From the NCBI RefSeq assembly GCF_000025945.1, contig NC_006138.1:2850001-2882000 (forward strand): a stretch of 32,000 bases of DNA, read 5' to 3'. Source of the stretch: Desulfotalea psychrophila LSv54. GTDB taxonomy: Bacteria; Desulfobacterota; Desulfobulbia; Desulfobulbales; Desulfocapsaceae. This document shows, piece after piece, positions 1 through 9,114 of the stretch; the stretch's first letter is position 1, and every line of letters begins with the position of its first letter. Made by a program: the position numbers and the translations under genes. The notes under the pieces were generated by a model. That model was not told the DNA's origin, did not search any database, and worked only from the letters and a program-made list of their open reading frames with translations.

Positions 1-2
1 CC

Positions 3-890
3 ATGAAAATTCTTCTCTCTGGCTCCTCTGGCCTGGTGGGAACTGCCCTTTTAGAAAGGCTTTTCCAGGATGGCCACAGTATTACCTGTCTCAAGAGACA
101 AAAGGCCGGATCGGACAAAAAAATCTGGAACACAGACAGACTAACAGACGATACTTTTGATGCTGTCATTCATCTGGCAGGGGATAGCATTGTAGGGGGC
201 CGATGGACCAAAGGCAAAAAACAGCGCATACGTGATAGCCGTATCCTTGGCACAAGAGAACTTGTCCAATTTCTCGGTAAACTAACTACCCCACCAAAGG
301 TTTTTTGCTGTGCCTCGGCGGTTGGCTACTACGGCAGTAGAGGCGACACCGTTCTGACAGAAAGTAGCCCCAAGGGCACAGGCTTTCTAGCCGATATCTG
401 TCGCGACTGGGAGGAGGAGGCAGGTAAAATTGCAAGCCGAGGCTGTCGAGTCGTAAACCTTCGCTTTGGCATGATACTCAGCCCAAGGGGCGGTGCCCTA
501 CAGAAAATGCTACCCGCCTTTCGCTTGGGACTTGGCGGGAAAGTTGGCAATGGCCAACAGATTATCAGCTGGGTGAGCATCCGTGATATAGAGGAGATAG
601 TGCCCTTTATCCTTGCCCATAGCGAGATAGAAGGGCCTGTAAATGTCGTTTCTCCACAGTCCACGACCAATGCAGAGCTGGGCAAGAACTTGGGAAAGAT
701 ACTAAGCAAACCCACCTTTATGGTCCTGCCCAGACTTATGGCCTCAATAATTGCCGGCAGTGAAATAACCCAGGAGATGCTTCTGGCAAGCACCAAGGCT
801 AGTCCGCAAAAATTAGTGGCGGCAGGCTATGAATTCCGCGACAAAAGTCTGAACAAGACCCTCCTCTTTTGTCTGGAAAAGAACGCTTAA
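3..890 (+). CDS. TIGR01777/YfcH-like epimerase family protein (SDR fold with DUF1731-type C-terminus)
   Basis: 295-aa ORF starting at an ATG. It has an N-terminal Rossmann glycine motif (LLSGSSGLVGTAL) and the length and C-terminal region typical of YfcH-like proteins. A hairpin terminator follows. Confidence 0.85.
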   Translation: MKILLSGSSGLVGTALLERLFQDGHSITCLKRQKAGSDKKIWNTDRLTDDTFDAVIHLAGDSIVGGRWTKGKKQRIRDSRILGTRELVQFLGKLTTPPKVFCCASAVGYYGSRGDTVLTESSPKGTGFLADICRDWEEEAGKIASRGCRVVNLRFGMILSPRGGALQKMLPAFRLGLGGKVGNGQQIISWVSIRDIEEIVPFILAHSEIEGPVNVVSPQSTTNAELGKNLGKILSKPTFMVLPRLMASIIAGSEITQEMLLASTKASPQKLVAAGYEFRDKSLNKTLLFCLEKNA

Positions 891-898
891 AACAAAAA

Positions 899-937
899 AG
901 CCACCCATCCCCGACAGGGGAGAGGTGGCTTTTATTT
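899..937. terminator. Bidirectional intrinsic terminator between convergent genes
   Basis: Stem AGCCACC (899-905) pairs with GGTGGCT (924-930), with an inner TCCCC/GGGGA pairing. An A-run lies upstream and TTTATTTT downstream, so it can terminate both the + strand gene and purC. Confidence 0.55.
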
Positions 938-951
938 TACACAGACAGAAA

Positions 952-1842
952 TTACTTTCCAGTAATTCTCTCTACTGCCTCGTCATAACGAGCCTTGGTT
1001 TTGACAATAATCTCCTCTGGCAGAGGAGGTGCAGGCGGATTCTTATCCCAGTCAAGACTTGAAAGATAATCGCGCAAATACTGCTTATCAAAACTTTCCT
1101 GACTCTTACCGGGCTCATACTTATCCGCTGCCCAAAAACGAGAAGAATCAGGGGTAAGCACCTCATCGATAAGGATAATCTTACCATCTACTTCGCCAAG
1201 CTCAAATTTTGTATCGGCAATAATAACACCCTTAGTACGGGCATAATCTGCGGCACGGGTATAAAGCGCCTTACTGATCCGGGCAATTTGTTCAGCTTTT
1301 TCGACGCCGACAATTTCCTGCATACGCTCAAAAGAGATATTTTCGTCGTGATCACCAAGCTCTGCCTTAGTAGAAGGGGTAAAGATCGGCTCGGGAAATT
1401 TATCAGACTCCTGCATTCCCTCAGGAAGCTGAAAACCACAAACATTGGTATCTTGCTGATAGGCCTTCCAAAAAGAACCTGAAATATAACCACGAACAAT
1501 ACATTCGATGGGCAGAGGCTTTGTTCTTTTAACCAGAATAGAACGACCGCGCAATTGCTCCGCATAGGGGGCACAGGCCTCAGGATACTCCGTAACATCG
1601 GCAGTAATCATATGGTTATCTACTATGTCAGCAAGCAGATCAAACCAAAAAAGAGATAACTGGGTAAGAATAGCACCCTTACCTGGAATAGCGCTGAGGA
1701 TAACATCATAGGCTGAGATTCTATCGGTTGCAACCATAAGCAACTTATCATCATGCCCAGGAATTGCATACATATCACGAACCTTACCACTGTGTACAAG
1801 GTTCAACTGTGGGAAATCTGTTGTCAACATAGCTTCTGTCAT
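952..1842 (-). CDS. purC: Phosphoribosylaminoimidazole-succinocarboxamide (SAICAR) synthase
   Basis: 296-aa ORF with hallmark PurC sequence (LVHSGKVRDMY..., ATDRISAYD, IIADTKFELG, LIDEVLTPDSSRFW). AGAGGG RBS upstream of the ATG. Confidence 0.97.
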   Translation of the reverse strand: MTEAMLTTDFPQLNLVHSGKVRDMYAIPGHDDKLLMVATDRISAYDVILSAIPGKGAILTQLSLFWFDLLADIVDNHMITADVTEYPEACAPYAEQLRGRSILVKRTKPLPIECIVRGYISGSFWKAYQQDTNVCGFQLPEGMQESDKFPEPIFTPSTKAELGDHDENISFERMQEIVGVEKAEQIARISKALYTRAADYARTKGVIIADTKFELGEVDGKIILIDEVLTPDSSRFWAADKYEPGKSQESFDKQYLRDYLSSLDWDKNPPAPPLPEEIIVKTKARYDEAVERITGK

Positions 1843-1925
1843 ATTCTACCCTCTTTCGAATACATTTTGTAAGCACCAGTACAAACAAAAAAAGCCAGGC
1901 AGAGCCGGACTTTTTCAGTTACAAA

Positions 1926-3269
1926 TCAATCAACAAAAAATTTCAATTTATCTCGCCTACTCGAATGACGAAGACGATTAAGGGCCTTCTTTTCAATTTG
2001 ACGAATACGTTCACGGGAAACATTGAAACGTTTACCTATTTCTTCCAGGGTATATTCAGCTTTTTCACCAATACCAAAGCGAAGACGAATAATTTTTTCT
2101 TCCCTATCACTAAGGGTAGAGAGAATTTCAGTTACCCGCCCGGACAGCTCACGATTCTGCACTGCCTCATAGGGAGATTGAGATTCCTGATTTTCAAGAA
2201 AATCACCCAAGGTCGAGTCATCATCCCCCACCGGAGTCTCAAGAGAGATAGGTTCACGAGATGCCTCAAGAATAGATAAGATCTTATCCATGGGCAAATT
2301 GGTGGTCTTAGAGATCTCAAGCGGAGTAGGTTCACGGCCAAGCTCTTTAAACAGGGCATAAAATGCCTTAAAAAACTGGCTCCTCAGCTCAAGAAAATGA
2401 ACAGGGAGACGAATCGTTCTGGTCTTATCAAGAATCGCCCGGGTAATTGCCTGACGAATCCACCAACTTGCGTAGGTAGAAAATTTATTTCCCTTGGTAT
2501 AATCAAAGCGAAAAACTGCTCGCATCAAGCCAAGATTACCCTCTTGAATAAGGTCGGCAAGGGTAAGGCCCTGATGCATGTATCTCTTAGCAATAGAAAC
2601 CACCAAACGCAGATTCGCACGAATCATGGTATCCTTTGCCACTTCAATAGACCTGCTATACGCCTCTAACTTTGCCTGAAGCTCAAAAAGTTCCCTAATC
2701 TCCGGGTACTTCTTAGAGGCACTCGTTACACTGTAACGCATGAAGTTAAGCTGCTGTTTTTTAGGCTTAAGAGTAGGATCACGCTTTTCCCACAGATCAA
2801 TACGTTCGCAGAGAACAACCATTTCTTGAACGCCTGATCTATCTCCACGAATGGCAAATATAATCGCTTCAAAACCCTGACGAATGGTCTTGCTGTACTT
2901 TGCCTCTTCCTCGGGAGTAAGCAAATCAAAACGACCCATTTCACGTAGATAAGTGGTCGTCGTCTCCTCAGACTCATGGGACTCTTCATCGCCGGAAAGT
3001 GCAGCCCCATCTTCGATCTCCAGCTCAAGATCTACCTCACTTTTTTCCCAAATCTCACCTGACAGGGTCCGTTTCTCACCTGATTTTTCTATCGTTACAA
3101 TTTCAATACCGTGAGCGCCAAGAAAATTAAATATTTTTTCTATCGCGGTAGGATCTTTAACATCATCGGGTATTAATTTGTTTAGCGCATCAAAACTAAT
3201 ACATCCTTCTTTCTTGCCAGTTTCGAGTAACTTTTCTTTCAGTTCAGTTTGCACCAGAGACAACTCCAT
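1926..3269 (-). CDS. rpoD: RNA polymerase sigma factor, RpoD-like (sigma-70 group 1/2)
   Basis: 447-aa ORF. It has a region 1.1-like N-terminus, region 1.2 (YLREMGRFDLLTPEEE), region 2 (LRLVVSIAKRY...DLIQEGNLGLMRAV..FSTYASWWIRQAITRAI), region 3 and region 4.2 (TLEEIGKRFNVSRERIRQIEKKALNRLRH). Regions 2.4 and 4.2 resemble RpoD more than RpoS. Whether it is the primary sigma factor is not proven. Confidence 0.88.
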   Translation of the reverse strand: MELSLVQTELKEKLLETGKKEGCISFDALNKLIPDDVKDPTAIEKIFNFLGAHGIEIVTIEKSGEKRTLSGEIWEKSEVDLELEIEDGAALSGDEESHESEETTTTYLREMGRFDLLTPEEEAKYSKTIRQGFEAIIFAIRGDRSGVQEMVVLCERIDLWEKRDPTLKPKKQQLNFMRYSVTSASKKYPEIRELFELQAKLEAYSRSIEVAKDTMIRANLRLVVSIAKRYMHQGLTLADLIQEGNLGLMRAVFRFDYTKGNKFSTYASWWIRQAITRAILDKTRTIRLPVHFLELRSQFFKAFYALFKELGREPTPLEISKTTNLPMDKILSILEASREPISLETPVGDDDSTLGDFLENQESQSPYEAVQNRELSGRVTEILSTLSDREEKIIRLRFGIGEKAEYTLEEIGKRFNVSRERIRQIEKKALNRLRHSSRRDKLKFFVD

Positions 3270-3738
3270 TGAGAGATTATGAAAAACGGCTACGAGATCT
3301 TGACTCTACCGTGAATCTAAAAGTGAACTTTTCAAAATACCACAAAAATAGATTAAAAACAATGACAATCCAACACAAAAAAATCGCCATCTTAAAAAGA
3401 GATTATAAATGGGATTGACACAAAGTAGTAACTATTTGCTTAAAGACAAGCTCTACTGTTCTTTTTTCCAAAGCCACAATGCTTGTACATCTTGGAACGC
3501 CCCAAAGACAAATAAATTATTCTGCACAGGAACATAAATCAAATAGATGTAGCAGATCGGCTCCTCTCCAATCTTAACAAATCAAAAAACTCAAGAAAGG
3601 GCTCTCGGCAGACTCAATAAGAAAAGAGCAATGCAGCCTTTTCCAAGCAAAAAGACCACCACCAAAAAAAACCTATCAGTGAAACCATGTCTTTTCAAGG
3701 TCTTAGACAGGCAAGAAAGCCAAACCCTTTTTTATTTA

Positions 3739-3767
3739 TTGACATCATCATCGGAAAGGTGTATTTT
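3739..3767 (+). promoter_or_regulatory. Sigma-70-type promoter of tRNA-Glu copy 1
   Basis: TTGACA (3739-3744), 17-nt spacer, TATTTT (3762-3767), ending 12 nt before the mature tRNA 5' end. Confidence 0.55.
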
Positions 3768-3779
3768 GTGCCTGCACTT

Positions 3780-3854
3780 GGCCCCATCGTCTAGCGGTTA
3801 GGACGTTGGCCTCTCACGCCGAAAGCAGGGGTTCGATTCCCCTTGGGGTCACCA
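3780..3854 (+). tRNA. tRNA-Glu: tRNA-Glu (anticodon CTC), CCA encoded
   Basis: 75-nt cloverleaf. Acceptor GGCCCCA/TGGGGTC, anticodon stem TTGGC/GCCGA with loop CT-CTC-AC, T arm GGGGTTCGATTCCCC, and a 3' ACCA. Confidence 0.95.
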
Positions 3855-3863
3855 AGTTGAAAA

Positions 3864-3898
3864 GGGTTCTAGCAATTTAATTGCTAGAACCCTTTTTT
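3864..3898 (+). terminator. Intrinsic terminator of tRNA-Glu copy 1
   Basis: 12-13 bp perfect stem GGGTTCTAGCAA.../...TTGCTAGAACCC followed by TTTTTT. Confidence 0.8.
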
Positions 3899-3930
3899 CG
3901 TTCCTACCCGCCTATTCATTCGCCTAAATA

Positions 3931-4392
3931 TCAGTGCTTATCTTCGGGATAGTAGACAAGCAGAGCCCTTATGCTAGCACTAAGATCCCGGGCATACCTC
4001 ACATCAGCATGTTGCTTTGCCTGCATGGCGGCAACAATAACCGCATGATGCTTAACAAGTCTCTCCCTATAATCTTTCTGGCTCGCCTTTACCCGCTGGG
4101 TCAAGAAATAATCACCTATCGTTTCAATCACACGCTGAGCATGATCTTCCTTATTCATCACCCAACGCACAAGTTGATTTTGAGATTGCGCATCGGTTTT
4201 ACCGGCCAACTGAGCAATTAATACTGTTGCCTTTTCTACGGTGGCGGCATCTTCAAGCATCGCCTGCACGCGGGCATTATCGTTATAAATGCCACAGGGT
4301 AGTTGACAGTGAGCGCCACTCCACGAAGGCCCCATAAACATACCCGCCAACACAGTAAGAATTAGCAAAAAATCTTTCCCCAAATACTTCAT
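3931..4392 (-). CDS. sodN: Nickel-containing superoxide dismutase precursor with signal-peptide-like leader
   Basis: 153-aa ORF. The Ni-hook motif HCQLPCGIY (consensus His-Cys-x-x-Pro-Cys-Gly-x-Tyr) sits directly after a 26-aa leader, MKYLGKDFLLILTVLAGMFMGPSWSGA. GGAGGGG RBS. Confidence 0.92.
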   Translation of the reverse strand: MKYLGKDFLLILTVLAGMFMGPSWSGAHCQLPCGIYNDNARVQAMLEDAATVEKATVLIAQLAGKTDAQSQNQLVRWVMNKEDHAQRVIETIGDYFLTQRVKASQKDYRERLVKHHAVIVAAMQAKQHADVRYARDLSASIRALLVYYPEDKH

Positions 4393-4644
4393 ACAGTCCC
4401 CTCCATTTTATCATTATAATAATCAGCGCTTCCACCTCCGACAGGTCACCCGCCACCAGCGCTCCTACCCAAGCATAGCATAGACAGCCCCCACGTCTCA
4501 AATACCTGCCCCAAAACAGCACCACTGCCCTCCAGTCAATAATTAAGCACCCATTATTTGACATAAGCGGCCAAAAATCATTCAATCAAGAGAAGATACC
4601 AAAAAAAGGGCAGATAAGCCTCCCCACAAGAATAGGATAAAACC

Positions 4645-5373
4645 ATGATTGAAAAAATAGCAGATCTTCCTGAAGGGACCATTGGTTTTAAGATGACAGG
4701 TAAAATAACCAAAGACGACTATGAAAAGGTCGTCAATCCTGCTATTGAATGCGGGCTTATTGAAAATAACAGACTAAAGATGCTCTGCCAGATGGGGCCA
4801 GAGTTTGATGGGTACACCTCAGGTGCCGCTTGGGACGACACCCAGCTGGGTCTTAAACACTGGAAAGGATTCGAACGTCTTGCCATCGTCTCAGACGTCC
4901 CCTGGGTCAAGACACTGCTCCGGGCAATGGCCTTCACCCTACCCTGTCCCGTAAAAATTTTTGAGCTGGATGAATATCTGCAGGCCCGGCTTTGGCTCAG
5001 TGAATCCCTGGGCACCGTCCATACAAACTTCAACAATAATGGGCTGCTGACAGTAAAGCTTATAGGCCAGCTGGAGCCATCCGTCTACGAGAACTTCAGC
5101 AAGGAGCTCGACAGCTACTTTGCATCAGCGGAGCCAGTCCACCTCCTCCTCGACCTCAGGGACTTCAATGGTTGGCAGGGCCTAGCTGGAGTGATAGAAC
5201 ATCTCCACCTTGTGATTCAGCATCGACACGTACCCAAAAAAATCGCCATCGTCGGCAACAAGAAATGGCAAAAGCTAGCCGAACGTATTTTCTCCAAATT
5301 TATCTCAGCCGAGGTACAGTACTTTGAAGAGACAAGGGCCGATTCTGCCCAGACATGGATACAACCTAAATAA
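4645..5373 (+). CDS. Tandem SpoIIAA-like/STAS (DUF3478-type) domain protein
   Basis: 242-aa ORF made of two related roughly 115-aa halves. Each shows the SpoIIAA-like pattern (first half ...W.D..LGLKHWKGFERLAIVSD..W; second half ...GW.GL..VIEHLHLV..H....KKIAIVGNKKW). Confidence 0.8.
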   Translation: MIEKIADLPEGTIGFKMTGKITKDDYEKVVNPAIECGLIENNRLKMLCQMGPEFDGYTSGAAWDDTQLGLKHWKGFERLAIVSDVPWVKTLLRAMAFTLPCPVKIFELDEYLQARLWLSESLGTVHTNFNNNGLLTVKLIGQLEPSVYENFSKELDSYFASAEPVHLLLDLRDFNGWQGLAGVIEHLHLVIQHRHVPKKIAIVGNKKWQKLAERIFSKFISAEVQYFEETRADSAQTWIQPK

Positions 5374-5522
5374 CGCTGAGGCAAAGGATAAACCAGAGTA
5401 GCAACCTGCCACAAAGAAGGCGAATCCCCCCTTACCCAGAAGGGCATGGGGAATTGTTGCTTTCTGCTCATTGTGGCAGCCCAGGCAAGCGCCACAATCA
5501 CTCCCTAGGCGCACTGTGCTGC

Positions 5523-6806
5523 CTAAGTTGTAGCGCAGGCAACATCCAGGGCCTGAGAGACATCAAGAATAATATCTTCGATATTTTCTATACCCACGGA
5601 AATACGGATAAGATCGCTACTGACCCCGCTCGCCTTCATATCACTGTCGCTCAACTGCCGATGAGTGGTGGAAGCAGGATGACAGGCTAAGGACTTGGCA
5701 TCTCCAATATTGACCAAACGCAGAATCATCTTCAGGGCATCAACAAAGGCAATTCCGGCAGCAAAACCACCCACGAGACCAAAGCTAAGAATACCAGATG
5801 CCCTGCCGCCGGTAATCTTTTGACAGCTTTCATAATAGGGACTGGCGGAAAGAGCTGCATATCTCACCCAGGCAACCTCTTTATGCTCCCCAAGATAGAG
5901 GGCAAGCTTCTCCGCATTTTCGCAATGCCTCTCCATACGCAGGCCAAGAGTCTCAAGTCCCTGAAGAATTTGAAATGAATTCATTGGAGAAATTGCCGCC
6001 CCCGTATCCCGCAATAGGGCCACGCGACAACGACCTATATAGGCAGTCGCGCCAAGGGCCTCGGTATAAACCAGACCATGATATGAGGGATCGGGCTCAG
6101 TCAGAGTTGGAAATTTACCAGCCTCCTTTGCCCAACCAAACTTACCGGAATCAACAATAATCCCTCCAAGCGAGGTGCCATGCCCTCCGATATACTTTGT
6201 CAATGAATGCACCACAACATCGGCACCAAGCTCTATTGGCCGACAGAGATAGGGGGTGGCCACGGTATTATCAACAATAAGCGGAATACCATGCTCATGA
6301 GCTATTTCCGCAAGTTTTTTTATATCAGCTACATTACCCGCCGGATTAGCAATGGACTCGCAGTAAATCGCCCTGGTTTTAATGTCAATAGCCTCGGCAA
6401 TGGCCTGATAGTCATCGCACTCCGCCATACGTACTTCGATACCACGGGCAGGAAGCAGATACTTAAACAAATTGTAGGTACCACCATAGAGTTGACTAGT
6501 ACTGACAATATTATCGCCCAGCAGACAAATATTATGAATTGCGCATGTTATGGCCGCCATCCCGGAGGCTAGGGCAAGGGCGGCAAGACCACCCTCCATG
6601 GCTGCTATCCGTTTTTCCAGCACATCGGTGGTCGGATTCATAATTCGAGTGTAGATATTACCCGGAGTTTTAAGATCAAAAAGGTCGGCACCATGCTGAC
6701 TATTCTCAAAGGTATATGAGCTTGTTTGATAGATGGGAACAGTTGCGGCCCGTGTTGCCTTATCAGCCTCGTAACCATGATGCAGGGCCAAAGATTCAAG
6801 TTTCAT
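5523..6806 (-). CDS. metY: O-acetylhomoserine sulfhydrylase (PLP-dependent Cys/Met metabolism family)
   Basis: Strong MetY-like sequence (ATVPIYQTSSYTF, IYTRIMNPT, SLTKYIGGHG with the PLP lysine). I chose the ATG at 6806 (MKLESLALHHGY) with an AAGAGGA RBS. The track's 6845 start is a TTG extension. Confidence 0.93.
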   Translation of the reverse strand: MKLESLALHHGYEADKATRAATVPIYQTSSYTFENSQHGADLFDLKTPGNIYTRIMNPTTDVLEKRIAAMEGGLAALALASGMAAITCAIHNICLLGDNIVSTSQLYGGTYNLFKYLLPARGIEVRMAECDDYQAIAEAIDIKTRAIYCESIANPAGNVADIKKLAEIAHEHGIPLIVDNTVATPYLCRPIELGADVVVHSLTKYIGGHGTSLGGIIVDSGKFGWAKEAGKFPTLTEPDPSYHGLVYTEALGATAYIGRCRVALLRDTGAAISPMNSFQILQGLETLGLRMERHCENAEKLALYLGEHKEVAWVRYAALSASPYYESCQKITGGRASGILSFGLVGGFAAGIAFVDALKMILRLVNIGDAKSLACHPASTTHRQLSDSDMKASGVSSDLIRISVGIENIEDIILDVSQALDVACATT

Positions 6807-7014
6807 AAAAATATCCTCTTGTTTATTTTTTAAGATTCTTGCCAAAGAAAAAAGATCCTACTCTACAAAATATATCATTCCGGCAGAAGAAGTTACAGAA
6901 AGTGCAAGCAGCAGGAGACAACAAGACGGGATTACCACGGGAAAAAAGAGGAGAAGGTAAGGATATTTATCGAGTAGGGTGAGGTGAGCATATACAACGC
7001 TCACCTCATCCCTC

Positions 7015-8334
7015 TCACAGAACCGTACGTACGGGCCTCGTATACGGCTCCTGTTTACTTACATCCCTATCTGGGACAAGAATTCCGGTTTTCACAGCTG
7101 ATACATCAAACAGCCAAAGCTCTTTGTGTAAATAACAGCTCGGCAGTGCATAATGGGCAAGAGGACAGGCAGAGTTCGCCCATGAGTTCATCTTAATAAA
7201 TTTGAACTCTCCCTTATACCCTAGTTGGCGTAATCGCCGGTGTAACTTACCGGCCTTCTTCCAGAGCTTTAACTGGATTGCACGGAGACGTCTCCGTAAC
7301 CAACTAGACACAGCCTTTAACATGTTTTTACAATTTGCTATCCTAAAATAGAAAGCAAAACCGCGTAGAATAGGATTCAAGCCATCAATGACTGCTTCCA
7401 AATTCTTTCCACCATTTCGACGAGTCAACGCCTTCACCTTCTCCTTGAACGACCTGATTTTCGCCTTTTGGATACGAGTGTACTTAGAGTGTATTGAAAC
7501 ACCAAGGAAAGCCACTCCGCTCCGACTATGGCAAATGTGAGTCTTTTCGAGGTTTACAGTGAGTAGCAACCCTTTCTCAAGGAAACAGCTTGCCTGTAAA
7601 AGTGCGTTTTTGGCTGCGCTTTTCGAACTGCACAAAATCAGGATATCATCGGCATAGCGCACTATCCTATGACCTCGTTCTCTCATAAACTGGTCAAACT
7701 GATCAAGATAGATATTGGCAATTAGCGGACTAATCACACCGCCCTGCGGACTACCAACTTCGCTTGCCTGCCATCCTTCGTCTGTCATCACTCCACTTTT
7801 CAGAATTTTCTGAAGTAGCCCAAGTATTGATCCATCCTTGATTCGCCTCGATATAGAGGACAAGATCAAATCGTGGTCTAAGGTGTCAAAGCATTTCGAC
7901 AGATCCATGTCCACAACCCACTTCCTATCATATTTCCGTATGAACATCGTAGCTTTAGTAATCGCCTGATGGCAACTTCGCCCCGGGCGATAGCCGTAGC
8001 TTGATGGATGAAAGCCGGGATCAAATATCGGCTGTAGAATATCCAGCAGAGCCTGCTGTACTACACGGTCACGAACTGCAGGAATTCCGAGCAACCTTAC
8101 CCCGCCATTCGTTTTGGGAATTTCCACCCTACGAACAGGTTGAGGTTGGTAGCTCTTCTCACGCAGTTCCGTCAGAAGCCGGTCAAGATTGATATCAAGG
8201 GATTCAACAAAATCTTTGACGGACTGGCCATCTATACCGGCAGCTCCATTCGCAGACTTTACCTTAAAAAACGCTGAGCGCAATGCACTTCGGCTCAACA
8301 GTCTCCCATATAAACTATACCAAATCTTTACCAT
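7015..8334 (-). CDS. Group II intron reverse transcriptase/maturase (intron-encoded protein)
   Basis: 439-aa ORF with RT motifs (GIDGQS, RRVEIPKTNGGVRLLGIP, DRVVQQAL, DLSKCFDTLDH, SPQGGVISPLIANIYL, RYADDILIL) and a maturase/X region. No HNH/En motifs at the C-terminus. Confidence 0.95.
   Translation of the reverse strand: MVKIWYSLYGRLLSRSALRSAFFKVKSANGAAGIDGQSVKDFVESLDINLDRLLTELREKSYQPQPVRRVEIPKTNGGVRLLGIPAVRDRVVQQALLDILQPIFDPGFHPSSYGYRPGRSCHQAITKATMFIRKYDRKWVVDMDLSKCFDTLDHDLILSSISRRIKDGSILGLLQKILKSGVMTDEGWQASEVGSPQGGVISPLIANIYLDQFDQFMRERGHRIVRYADDILILCSSKSAAKNALLQASCFLEKGLLLTVNLEKTHICHSRSGVAFLGVSIHSKYTRIQKAKIRSFKEKVKALTRRNGGKNLEAVIDGLNPILRGFAFYFRIANCKNMLKAVSSWLRRRLRAIQLKLWKKAGKLHRRLRQLGYKGEFKFIKMNSWANSACPLAHYALPSCYLHKELWLFDVSAVKTGILVPDRDVSKQEPYTRPVRTVL
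7020..7050 (-). ncRNA. Group II intron domain V (catalytic hairpin)
   Basis: The minus strand reads GAGCCGTATACGAGGCCCGTACGTACGGTTC. This matches the conserved DV consensus (GAGCCGUAU...ACGUACGGUUC). Domain VI follows at about 6972-7016 with a bulged branch-point A. Confidence 0.85.
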
Positions 8335-9114
8335 TTCCTGCCTTGTGGCCTCTATCCCCTACAAATTCTTTCTAGGCACCGATTCTTCACATGAGCAGTA
8401 TCGCCTTCTAGCCCTTCGGCAATGTACGATTCCACATTCACGTTACTCCGATGAGCGGCCAAAATCAGCAGACTACCTGTTACAGTCAACCACCGAAAAA
8501 GTGCCCTGTTCCGTCGAACAACTTGTGCTCTGCCTAAAAAGTATTGCAAGTCTTCAAGGTCTCTTTAAATAAACTTCACCCCTTCGCAACTGATATGGCT
8601 TTTGGCACATAACAGTCCCCAACCATCAAAGGTCGGGTCATCCTGGTTTTACCCTCCACACTGTTACCAGCTTTCACAGGCCTGGACTTAATAACTACTA
8701 CGGGATCATCTGCCATCTCACAAAGCTTCGCTTCTGCTCAGGTCACCCCTTGCCATCAGCTATCCTGTAAAAAATTCTAGGAACTCTATAAGACTTCCCC
8801 GGTTAAGGCGAACTCCCTGTGAGCAATCGCATCCTCAAACACGATACGGGACTGACCAAGTATTGGGCTTTACGCTATTTTGCACGTTTACCCTCCCGCA
8901 TCGCCGAATCAGGTTCGCTTGCGCTATGTACCACTCACTTCCTATCGCTTCCTTTAGACCCTGCCGTTACCAACAACGCCCTTACGATTCGGATTGTCTT
9001 CCCCTTGGTCGGGGTGACGCCTGCTTACCGCAGGCTGGGTTTGCCCGCCATGCCGGGCAAACAAAACAGCAGCGGACAGGAGGCCTGCCCACTGCAAAAA
9101 GATTGCAAGAGGGG

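Larger units (their letters stand above)
6969..9092 (-). mobile_element. Group II intron (bacterial, ORF in domain IV, endonuclease-less IEP); boundaries approximate
   Basis: RT/maturase ORF, plus a canonical domain V and a domain VI with a bulged A downstream of it. The proposed 5' end is GTGGGC (minus strand, first nt = 9092). The 7 exon nt before it, TTTTGCA (9093-9099), are complementary to TGCAAAA inside domain I (8878-8884), an EBS1/IBS1-like pair. The 3' end is proposed at ...CTACTCGAT (6969). Confidence 0.88.

Noticed and set aside
6807-6968. SAM (S-box) riboswitch or sigma-54 promoter (TTGGCAAGAATCTT) in the metY leader
   Set aside because: No S-box core sequences are present. The TGGCA element lacks a properly spaced TTGC -12 box.
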